A DNA stretch of 64,000 bases, taken from Lama guanicoe. Lineage: Eukaryota. Shown one piece after another: positions 50,531-62,160 of this stretch. The notes below the pieces were generated by a model, which worked only from the letters and a program-made list of their open reading frames with translations, searched no databases and was not told the DNA's origin. The stretch is taken from NCBI GenBank assembly GCA_013239625.1, contig MU053873.1, forward strand, positions 1,564,524 through 1,628,523, written 5' to 3'. The translations under genes were made by a program, and so were the position numbers. The first letter of the stretch is position 1. Each line of letters starts with the position of its first letter.

Positions 50531-53500
50531 GTCATCCTTGCTTAGAAATCTAGTCATCATTATTTCCTACCCCACCTCCGTTTCTTCAGTTCACACCCAG
50601 TCTAACAGCTATCAACGAAACAGCCTCATAAAGGTCCTCTTCTTCCTTTGCTCCTTCCTAGTTCCCCAGTTCCCCAGTTCCCCAGCCTGTTGCAATAACC
50701 AGCTAGTTTGGCTTTCCTCACTACCGTTTCCTCCCTGCCATGCAGGTGACCATTTAGTTTTCCGCTCGGCCCCTGGAACACGTACAAAGACAAGCACATT
50801 TCAGGAGCCTTTTCCCATGTATAACAGTGTCAGAGCTGGTGCAAATGTGAGAGCTGGAAAGTGTTTCCCACCAGGGTGTAGGGTGAAATATCTAATAATC
50901 TATCTATGGAAAGCAATTACAAATTTAAAAATAGCATACATTTTTAGTCAAAAAGACATTTTATATCTAGAAAGTAGCTTATTTGGGAAAGAAAAGGAAA
51001 TAGAACCAGTGTTTATTAATTCATTTGTTCACTTCATTCATTCTTTTGCTCAACAAATATTTAACAGTTATGTGATGGGCACTATGCTATCTGTTATGAA
51101 TAAAACCGACGTTGGTTCTGTCCTCATGGAACATAGGATTTTTCATTGAACAAACGTATTTTGAGACCTGCTCTGTGTCATGTGTTTATATTCGTTTTCA
51201 TATTTAATCCTTTCCATAAACCAAGGAGGTCAAGTGTATTAATTAATTTTCTATGGGAGAAAATCACAGTCCAGGTACGTTAGAAAAAACCTTGATCCAT
51301 TTAGTTTCAAGAGACCTGTAGCATAAAAGACTTATTAAGATCTCATAAAATGATGCTTGGCCTCTTTTTTCCCCATGTTTTCAAAATGAACCTGGGAGTC
51401 GTTTGTTGAAGTCTAAGTTTGGTATCAGTTCCGGTGGGCATACATCATTTCTCTTATTTATAATGCAGCAAAATGATAGTCACCAGAAACGGTAACTCTC
51501 AGCTCTTCTAATTCTACAATTTAAGAAATATCACCTAAGTAACTTTTATAAGAATTATATTTAAAAATTAAATTCTGGCAATCTGAATCAGAAAATTCTG
51601 AATTCCCAAGGAAAAGTGGAACAGCATTATATGTTATCTACGTGACACACACACATTGTACCTCAGTTATAATTATTCCTGATTAGATTTTATGAATTAA
51701 ATAATTACTCTGAACACATGTAGAACACAGTAGCCCAAAAAATCTTATAATAAATTTCTTTTGTAAGAGAAAAAAAATTTTATAATACGGCAATCCTCCT
51801 CCTTTATCTGTTGTTCACATTTCAGTTTTTATACGTTGGGTTTTCTTTAGGTGGACAGAAATCTAGCTGTTTTTCTTTGAAAATCCACAGTGTGATTTAT
51901 GGGATAACCACTCAAGATGTCAGAGGGTCTGTGAGACCTCACATAGAAGTTTCTGATGTAGAAATGTAGTGTTTTACAGTTCTTGTTTGCCTTTCTAATA
52001 GCTCTATGAGGTAAACTACTATTATTCCTTTTCATTGTTGGGGATCCAGAGATTAATCAATGTCTGTAACTCACCCAAAATTGTAAAATAAGAGACAGGG
52101 TTGAGGCTAGACTTCAGGTCTCTGATTCCATGTCCACAGATCCTTCGATGAGGGAACGTTCCCACTAGAATGGTGGATTTCAGTGGGGGCCAATCCACCA
52201 ATGCTAGGATTACTCGGCCTAGGGCTCCAAGCCAAAGATGCTTCTTCTGCAATCCCCCCACAACCCTCCATATGCAGGAAGATGAAAAGGAAGAAATACC
52301 ACTAGAAGGGCTTTAGGCCACCTTGAAGCAGTGGTGCCTGCTCATGCCCAGGTACAAGGCAGCAAATGTAGGTACCATCAGGGTGGAACAACCCTTTCTT
52401 CTCTTTTCATGGAGAATCTATTTTCTGTTGATTACTTGCACTGAGCTAGATACTTTGCATCCATTGTGTCATTTTATCCTCACTACAAAGCTGTGTGGTC
52501 GGCACAGAAGTAAAGATACTGGCCCAGGTTCATACAGTTTATAAGCAGCAGAGGCAAGATCCAAACCCTGGTTTGTGTGCTCTCTTCTCCTGTAGCCTAC
52601 AGGCTCTGCTCTGAACCCTACACATTTATTGAACCATTAGTTCTCCTGTTTGAGAAGCACAGACGAGACTATACAAAATGTCAAAGTCTAATCATGCCCA
52701 TGATATAGGAAGCCAAACCACACACCTCTGTTTTTCATTCAAAGCAGTTCCTGTTAGGGTCATGAAAAGGGGGTGGGGGACGTGGGGAATGTGTCCTAGA
52801 GCCTGGAACAGATTTTTCTAGACATCTAAAAGAAAATAACAAGAATGTGCCTTTCCTGTTTGAAAGGTGAAATGAAAAATGGAGAGCATCAACCAAAGCA
52901 GGAGATTTTTCTGATCAAGCACCAGAGGACTCGCAGAAAATGATTCAGACCCTCATTAAGGTTGTGACATGCACATCCTGTGCTGGTCCCCACACCCATC
53001 AGTGCCTAATAAATATTAATAATATTTATTCTCTCCTTTAGGTCAAGATTTGTCACCCCACTTGTCTAGACATTGCTATTTAAAAGGAGCTGTGATTTGC
53101 TTACAGATAGAGCGCGTCTGTAAACATGTGAGCAGCAGCAGACTGGGCCGTAAATCTTGGTCAGAGCTGCACTTTGGATGTTTGCAGGAGAGGCTGCAAA
53201 ACTGTTGTTGGAATAATGAAGTGGATGCTTGCTGCCAGGTCTCAGAGTTCTGTCTCCGGCAGGCAGAGTCTAGCAGTAAATTAGCTTATGTTTCAGCTTG
53301 GCAGTTGGCACTTGGTTCATTTGTAGATGCTAATTGTAATCTGATGTTATCAGCAGCAGGTAATTGAAATGGGCTTGATGAATTACTTAATTTCTTTTAA
53401 TAGCTGAGTCTTCAAGAACTGAATAAAGAAGATAAGGTGATCAGGAGGAAAATACAACAGCTCTATCTTTCTAATTAGTGCTTGGAGGTTTTTTCTTCTT

Positions 53501-54254
53501 TACACAAATGATTATGAACATGTGAGGCTGAATAGGTTTATGAGTCAAAAGCCCCCATGGGGGCATTTCCCATTAGGCAGCCCAGTCCTGAGCATTGATA
53601 ACACTTCTGTTAGGACTTCAGAAGGGAACACAACACTTGAGTGATCACTTTGGAGAACATTGATTTCTGAACACAATTCCATTTTCCCAGACCTAGGTGG
53701 GCACTAACTTCTGGGGGTATTGGCACTGTCTTCTGTGCGCAGTGCTGCCCAGCACCATGCAGTGAGCGGGGGAGCTTCTCAATGGTGTTAGGGGTTGGCT
53801 CCTGCCATCCACACCTGGCACTGGCGCCTCCCACACCTGCCTGTCCCTAAGTCTTTCCATCTGTAGCAGCTCCTGTGTAGCCGTTTGCTTTGCCAGCAAT
53901 GGTGGGTGCAGATGTGACCCTGGGTCTTGCCATCTGTGCTGGACACTGTGTACTGGACCTATGCCATGTGACTGCAATGAGCTTTGGGGTCTTCTGGAAT
54001 CATTTGGCTCTGCTTTTAGTCTCATGTTCATTCCTTAAGGAATCCATCTGTTTTGGGATGACTTTAGAGGAATTTACTTTTGACTGATTTTTTTGGGGGG
54101 AGCGAGGATCCAAATAACAGAGGGAAAAATAGAGCATTAGAACCATCAGGTCTTTTAGATAGACATTCAGATCACCTCTGTGGTTCTTCATGGTGAGTTC
54201 TGTTTAAAGCCAGCGTATTGTTACAGGTGAAGACTCCAGGTCTTTAAGCCACCA

Positions 54255-54450
54255 GCGTGATTGTGGTGGCAAGTGCACTGCAGGGGTCCTGGTAATGTTC
54301 TACTTCTGGATCTGGGTGACAGTTACATGACTGTGCTCACTATTCAAAATATGTTGAATTGTTTGCTTAAAATTTTATACCTTTTTTTTTTAAATTTTAT
54401 ACCTTCTGACTAAATATTATGCTTTAATTAAAGGTTTACTTTTAAAAACA
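54255..54450 (+). mobile_element. L1ME-type 3'UTR fragment
   Basis: ctggtaatgttctacttctggatctgggtgacagttacatg. Confidence 0.65.
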
Positions 54451-54529
54451 CACTGGACTTTGGGGATGGAGTGGAATTGGCGTGGTGGGCCTTTTTAGAT
54501 CTATCCATGTCCATGACTTCCAGCACCAT

Positions 54530-55003
54530 ACACCAACTCCCCAAACCCAGACCTCACTCCCAGCTGAGGCGTCTGTCCACTCCTGCTTCCTGGACAGCTC
54601 CATCTGCTCCACAGAGGCCTCTCTCTTAAGTCTTTGATTTCATATTGTATATTCCCTAGTTCTGAGAATGGCAACACAGTCTCAGTGCCCAACCGGGACA
54701 TCTCAGAGTCAGCCTGCCTCCTTCTCTAGTAGCCCAGATCTAGTTGATCAAAAGTCCTAAGAATCCTACCTCTCCAAACAAGCTCTGCTATATCTGCTGG
54801 GCTGTGTTTTCAGCCTCCCATCAACTCTTCCCTGGGTCTTACTCTCCCAGCTTCTGCTTCAGTTCATTTTCCACATTGCTTCCAAGGTAACCCTCTCAAA
54901 ACCTCAACTGCTCAATTTTATCTATACTCCATCATTTCTATACCTGAAACCCTGCAGTGATTCCCCATTACCTTCAGGATGAAGTCCAAAATCCTTGGCC
55001 TGG
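54530..55003 (+). mobile_element. L2 fragment
   Basis: aaaccctgcagtgattccccattaccttcaggatgaagtccaaatcctt. Confidence 0.75.
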
Positions 55004-55004
55004 T

Positions 55005-55440
55005 GTGAGACAATAGGGGGGAAAATATAAATAAATATAAATATAAATATAAATATAAATATAAATATAAATGTGTGTGTGTGTGTGTGTGTTTGTGTGT
55101 GTGTGTATGTATGTATCTGCCCCAGTTCCTGGTACAGAGCTCCTAAAACCTTTGTAAATTTCTAAGTGATAAGAGCCCTAAGGGCATATTTTGTAATGAG
55201 GTGCCTCTGGGTGGGCTCCTGGATGGGAGCTGATCACCAGAAAGACCAAGCCATGATTTGAAGCTTGGAATTTTCAGCCCCACCCTCCCCATCTTCCAGA
55301 GATGGACATGGATAGGATCAAGAACCCCACACACGTTTGGTGGCGAGGAGTGTCAGAACTGAAGTGCTCTGTGTGAGTAGTCAAGGAGACTCACAGGAGA
55401 GAAACACGGCAGGGGAGAACTGGGTTTTTCCCTACTTAGG
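55005..55440. mobile_element. Internally deleted MER21-related LTR carrying (TATAAA)n and (GT)n microsatellites
   Basis: gccccagttcctggtacagagctcctaaaacc...tcaccagaaagaccaagccatgatt...gaattttcagccccaccc; simple repeats at ~55023-55114. Confidence 0.7.
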
Positions 55441-58400
55441 AAATAAAAAACAGGTTTTCCATTTTAAACTAGCGTATATTTTTTTCAGCAACTCTGAACA
55501 TTCAAAAAAGTATTTGTTGAGCACCTACTATGTGCCAGAAACTATGACAATGGCTGTGTGAGAGACAAAACAGACATCTTAAGTGCTTAAAGGAAAAGTA
55601 CTTAGAAAGTATTACATGGAGTGTAATTTTAATTGAGGTGGTGGTGTCAGAAAACTCTTCTGTAAGGAACTGCCCCAATTTATCTTACTAATGCCATTTT
55701 CTGCCACTCCCACCCCTCACTCTCACTGTTCTCCAAGCCTCTGAGCTCTTTCCCTCCTCCTGGCTTTCCTCATGCCATTTCTTCTGCCCTGAGTAACCTC
55801 CTGCTGTTAAGCCTGTGAAGTCTTACTTATTCCTTCATACTTCAACCAAATGTCACATCACTCTTAAGCCTCTCAGGCTTTTCCAGGAAATTTAGTGTTC
55901 ATCTGTGTCCCCCTAGCATTTTGTAATAGCACTTGTTAAGTATTATACTTTTTTACCAGCTAGATCATAAGTGCCAAGGGTAGGCAGGATATGTATCTTA
56001 GCTTTTGTGTGGCCTTATCACCTAGTGGCAAATAAGCAACCCCGCCATGTATGTGTCTTGAGTAGATGGAGGATGACTAGGGTCAAGCATAGAGAATGCC
56101 AGAAACTAACAACTGGAGTCTGAAGTTCAAGTGATTACATACCTCTTTCATACCTACTGTGTTCATCCATTTATGCCTTACTCTTTAAGTCAAGGTGTAA
56201 TTCCCACTGCTTCTGATCCACTTCTGCTACTAGCCCAGGTAGACTAATTTTGGGACCAATGGTATCTTGTGTACATTTTATATTGGACTCTAAAACTCTC
56301 TACTACTCTAAAAAGCTGCAATTCTGTGATTTTTTTTTTTTTTGCGTGAAAGGACAATGTGTATGGAAGCTGAAACTTGATTCCTACAGGCTTTTAAATG
56401 AACAGAAATATAATCAGCTTGAGAAACAGTTAAACCAGCAGGTAGTGATTAGGTTTTATGATACCATTTTAATTTTACTCCTTAGAGTTAGTAAGAAAAC
56501 TGAATTGAGCAGATATTTCTCTTCCTTTTACATAGTCCTTTGCCCTATAACTAAATGAGACAGTCTGATTAGCAATCAGATATTAGTAATATTATACTAA
56601 ATAGTATATTAACCTTTTTGGATCTTTAGCCAAGAAATTTATGAAGTATGGCTAAAATGAGGTCTTTTGTGCGGATTTGAAGAACACTAATGTTTATTAC
56701 ATTTGGACAAGAAAATCACTAAGATATCAGTGTCTTCTTTTAAGTGCATAAACTTAACAGTTTATTCTGCTCTGCATTTATCATCTAGTCTTAGGAAACT
56801 GATGCTAGTTTCACTTCTTAGATATTCAAATAACAGGTTCCATAGAGAATGTATGAAAGATCTTTGTGATCTCTCCAACACAACTTTGAAGTGGCATGAA
56901 AGTCATGATAATAATGAAGGTCATGACACTTAGGGAATGCCTCCAGGATGCTAACACTGTACTTGGTGTAGCTTCCACTGCAGTGTTTCATTGTTTCATT
57001 TGAAAATTCAGCAAGATAGGGCTTATTATTCCCATTTAGAAAGAAAAAACCTACAAAATAGAGAGGTTAACTTGTCAGAGGTCCCATAGCAAGTGTGTGG
57101 GTTAAGCCCAGAGCTGTCTAAATCTGAAGTCAGTGCTCTTAGACAACATTATGTTGCCTCTCTAAAGCAAATGGCTACAATTATTCAGGAAAGGGCTGAA
57201 GCTCTAGCATTTTTAAATGGCTAGGACAATTTGACATTGTAACAGAAAAAAACTGGAAATTGAGCATTTTTTACCCACAGCTTCTTTTCATTCTCATTCA
57301 TCCGCACTTCCTGCTGGTAGCACAGAGACATACCTACAGAATGAATTCAGGACAGAATCCTGGCTGCTCACAAACCACAACCTGAACGCAGCCCCCTTTT
57401 CCAGCGTGAAATCCACAAGCGGCTCAAGTGTTAAAGACTCTCTTCAGCATAATTAGTAATTTCATGGTGCCTTCAAAAAGTAGCTTTCATCGAGAACCAT
57501 TTTCAGTATGTTGTTCCAGAAATTCTTCTTAAGGCTCTCTCTGACACAGCAGGAAATGCATTTGTTGGATTGGATTAAAGCCCAAATGTGACTTTTAGTT
57601 GGTATTGCTGACTCAGCCTGTCCCCACTTGACTTTCAAACGGTTTTGTTAGCTCCTGAATACAGACTCTCAGTTTTCAGCAGATTTCAAAACCTGGTCCT
57701 TTCTGCCCTCCTTTTAAGAGTTAAGTTACTCTGGGAAGTGAACACTTTCATACTCTAGTAGAAATTGCATTGGTGCCATTTAAAATGTTTCCAATAGCAA
57801 TTAAAAGTGAAGTAAATGCTTTATTGTTGTGTGTCCAATGTGCTTGTAAGGCAAGCTCTCATCAGAACAGCCCAAGTGGCAAAAAAAAAAATAACAGATT
57901 TGTGTTCTTGAGCCAAAATGTCAGAGTTGGCCACTTATCTGAAACAACAGCAATTCTGTAATTGAGTTTCCTGGTTCAGATGGAAGATCCCATCAAATCC
58001 CTTATCTAATACCAAATAAGGCAAAGACAGCTTACAGCATGGCCCAGCTGTTGGAGGGCTCTGGAGGGATACATAATATGCTCTGGGACTCAGTAAGCAG
58101 AAGGTAATGGGCTAAAAGTTATCAAGCCCTTCACAACAAGGAGATCTGGAGTTTAACCAGAAATTTCAGACTGTCAACCTTAACAAAACAGATGGTGTTC
58201 TCCAGTTCACAGCACCATCCGGCGAGCTGGCATATCTGCCTTGACAACTCCTGGTACTTCTTACATGCCTGATGGAGAGAGACATTCTCTTTGTCATCAG
58301 TGAGGAACTCATGTATTTTGTGTGTGACAGAGAGTATGAAGCATCTATGCACCAAATCTTTCAGTGAACACTTTTATGATCTTTCTTCCCTATTCACCTT

Positions 58401-58629
58401 CAGTGGCGTTCTGCATAAGACCCTGTTGGACTGTTCTGTTTCCTTCTCCTGATACCATAGAAACAAGATCATATACTGGTTTCTCTCTACTTTGATCACT
58501 AGAACCCCCCTCACAAATGGCTCCCCTTCACTGCCAATGTTACTGGATTTGAAGTGTTGTATAGCTGGGGTGACTCTAATTTCTCACTAGAAGGGTTATA
58601 GGATATAGAGTCACCTTATATCTAGCATA

Positions 58630-58875
58630 CTTATAAAGAACCTGACTGCTGTAGTCAGCTGGCCTGGGCTTGGATCCCAGCTTTGCCACTTACTGGCTTT
58701 GTGACCTTGGACAAGGTGTTTAGTTGCACACTGCCTCAGTTTCTTCATCTGTGTAATGGGCACCAATCTCACAAGATGGCTGTAAGATTGAGTGAGTTAA
58801 TCTGTGTAAAGCCCTTAGAACAATGCCTGACCCATAATAGGCACTCAGAATTTTTTAAATCTTTATTATCATCAT
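58630..58875 (+). mobile_element. MIR (near full length)
   Basis: gcctgggcttggatcccagctttgccacttactggctttgtgaccttggacaag...gcctcagtttcttcatctgt...cttagaacaatgcctg. Confidence 0.9.
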
Positions 58876-59016
58876 AGTTTTATATCATGTGTCAGGGGAA
58901 GCTAAAAGAAAGGCTAGAAATACATAGCATTTCTTACCTTCAGAATATTCTGATCTATTGAAAGCTGAAGGTGGTTATCAGAGGCCAGTAGTTCAAGTTG
59001 TTATTTGATCTCTTCA

Positions 59017-62000
59017 TTTCTTTTTTTCTCCAGCTTTGAGATATAACTGATATTTAACACTGTAAGTTTAAGGTGTACATTGTGACTATTTGATACACAT
59101 AGATATTGCAAAATGCTTTGCTAAACATAATAAATGTGTGTTGACACATCCTCCACCTCACGAAATTGCCATTTTGTTGTTGTTATAGTGAGATCATTAA
59201 AGCTCTACTCTCATAGCAAGTTTCAAGATACAGTACAGTATTAACTTTAGTCACCATGCTGTACGTTAGATCCCCTGAACTTACTCATCTTATAACTTAA
59301 AGTTTGTACCCTTTGACCAGCATCTCCCCATTGTCCCCACTCTTCAGCCACTGGCAACCATCTTACACTCTTGTTTCTATGAGTCTGATGTTTTTAGATC
59401 ACACACATAAGTGAGATTATATAGTATTTGTCTTTTTTTGTATGGCATTTCACTTAGCGTAATGTCCTCAAGGTCCCTCCATGTTGTCACAATGGCAGGA
59501 TTTCCTTCTTTCTTTATGGCTGAATAACATTCCCCTGTATATAGGTAAAACACATTTTAAAAATTCATTCATCCATTGATGGACACTTACGTTGTTTCCA
59601 TGTCTTGACTGTTGTGAATAATGCAGTGAATATGGGAGCAGATATCTCTTTGAGATAGTGATTTCATCTTCAGATAAATACCATAGGTGAGATTGCTGGA
59701 TCATATGTAGTTCTACTTTTAATTTTTTGAGGAACCTCTATACTGTTTTCCATTGTGGCTGCACCAATTTGTGTTCCCACCGATAGTGCACCAGGGTTCC
59801 CTTTTCTCCTCATCCTCACCAACACTTGTTATCTCTTGTTTTTTGAATGCTAGCCATTCTAAGATGTGAGGTGATATCTAATTATAGTTTTGACTTGCAC
59901 TTACCTGATGATTAGTGATGCTGAGTACCTTTTCATGTACTTGTTGGCCACTTGTATGTCATCTTTGGGAAAATGTCTGTTCAATTCCCCTGCTCATTTT
60001 TTAATCAGATTGTTTCTTTGCTATTGAGTTATATGAAATCATCCAATATTTTGGGTATTAACCTCTTGTCAGATATATGGTTTGCTGATATTTTCTGATT
60101 TCTTAGATTGCCTTTTCATTTTTTTGATTGTTTCTTTTGCCGTGTATGAACTTTTTAGGTTGATATGGTATCCCTTTTTTGTTGGGTTTTGCTTTTTTGT
60201 TTGTTTATGCTTTTGGTGTCATATCCAAAAAATTATTGCCAAGACTTATGTCAAGGAGTTTTTTCCTCTACGTTTTCTTCTAGGAGTTTTATGGTTTCAC
60301 ATCTTATGCTTAAATCCTTAATGTAGTTCTACTTAATTTTTTAGTAGTGTAAGATAGTGGTCCAATTTCATTCTTTTGCATGCAGAGAAGTTTTCCCAGC
60401 ACCATTTATTGAGAGACTGTTCTTTCCCCATTGAGTATTCTTGGCTTCCTTGGTAAATATCACTTGACCATATATATGTGGGATTTTTTGGGGTGCTCTT
60501 GATTTTGTTCCGTTGGTCTGTGTGTCTGTTTTTATGTCAGTACCATACTGTTTTGATTATTATAGCTTTGTAATAGAGTTTGAAATCAGAAAGTGTGTTG
60601 CCTCCAGCTTTGTTCTTTCACAAAAATTTATTTGACTATTCAGAGTTTTTTGTGTGTGATTCTATATGAATTTTAGGATTGTTTTTCTGTTTCTGTGAAA
60701 AATGCTATTCAAATCTTGATAAGAATTACATTGACTATAAATGGCTTTGAGTCGTATGGACATATTAGCAATATTAATTCTTCCAGTCCATGAGCATGTG
60801 ATATTTTTCAATTTACTTGTGCTTTCTTTGATTTATTTCATCAGTGCCTCACAGTTTTCAGTGTATAGATTCTAAATATTTGATTGTTTTTGATGCCGTT
60901 GTAAATGAGATTGCTTTATTTCTCTTTCAGGTAGTTCATTGCTAATGTGTAGAAATGTAACTAATTTTTTATGTTGATGTTGATCCTGAAACTTTATTAA
61001 ATTTGTTTATTAGGTCTAACAATTTTTTGGTGCCACAATTAGGCTTTTCCCTATACAAGGGCATGTCATCAGCAGACACAGTTTTACTTCTTTCTTTCCA
61101 ATTTGGATTACTTTTCTTTTTCTTGCCTAATTGGTTTGGCTAGGACTATGTTGAATAGGAGTGGTAAGAGTGGGTATCCTTGTCTTTTTCTTGAACTCGG
61201 AGGTAAAGCAAAACCATTTTTTTAAAAATTTTTTTGGGAATGACTGGGTAATTAGGTTTATTTATTGATTTTTGGAGGCGGTACTGGGGATTGAACCCAG
61301 GTATGCTAAACATGCGCTCTACCACTTGAGCTACAGCCTCCCCCCAAGCAAAACCTTTCACCATTAAGAATGATTTTAATTGTGGGCTTATCATATATGA
61401 TCTTTATTATATTATGGTATATTCCTTCCTTACCAAATTTGTTGGGAGTTTTTATCATGAAAGGATGTTGAATTTTGTCAAATGCTGTTTCTCTACCTAC
61501 TGAGATGATCATATGATAATTTTCTTTCATTCTATTAATATGATGTATCACATTTAATTTGCACATGTTGAGCCATTCTTTCATCCCAGAGAGACATCCC
61601 GATTGCTCATGGTTTATAACCCCTTTAATGTGCTCTTGGATTCTGTTTGCTGGTATTTTGTTGAGAATTTTTGTGTCTATGTTAATCAGGGATATTGGCC
61701 TGTAGTTTTCTTTGCTTGTTGTATCCTCATCTGGCTTTAATATCAGGTTAATACTGACTTCATAAAATGAGTTAGGCAGTATTCCCTCCTCTTTAATTTT
61801 TGGGAAGAATTTGAGAAGACTTGGTATTAATTCTTCTTTGAATCTTTGGTAGAATTCACCCATGAAGCCATCTGGTTCTGGGCTTTTTTTTGGTGGGGAG
61901 GGTGATTGCTGATTTAATCTCCCAACTTATTATTGGTGTATTCAGATTTTTTTTTCTTCAAGACAATGTCTTGGTTGGTTGTATGGTTCTAGGAATTTAT

Positions 62001-62160
62001 ATTTCTAAATTTTCCAATTTGTTGGCATATAATTGTTCATAGTAGCCTATTATAATCCTTTGTAGTTCCGTCATATCAGTTATGATGTCTCCTTTTCTTA
62101 TTTATCTGGGTCTTTTTTTTGTGTGTGTGATAAATGTAGCTCAAAGTTTGTCAGTTGTCT
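59017..62160 (-). mobile_element. L1 (L1MA9-like): 3'UTR plus ORF2 including RT-domain remnant
   Basis: ORF 61306-61863 encodes L1 RT motifs ([48 protein letters not shown]). Confidence 0.93.
61216..61345 (-). mobile_element. Camelid tRNA-Ala-derived SINE (Vic-1-like) nested in L1 ORF2, 10-bp TSD
   Basis: Reverse complement GCTGTAGCTCAAGTGGTAGAGCGCATGTTTAGCATACCTGGGTTCAATCCCCAGTACCGCCTCCA. TSD aagcaaaacc at 61206-61215 and 61346-61355. Confidence 0.92.

Noticed and set aside
50661..50686. Short tandem duplications (gttcccca x3; similar ones near 17986, 25152, 54369)
   Set aside because: Common slippage microduplications with no evidence of function.
50493..51149. 218-aa ORF, the longest in the window
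   Set aside because: It runs across an MLT1 end and L2-like remnants, has no domain features, and is best explained by chance.
61306..61863. Reverse-transcriptase-like ORF as a functional RT gene
   Set aside because: Decayed L1 ORF2 fragment, interrupted by a SINE and surrounded by frameshifts and stops.
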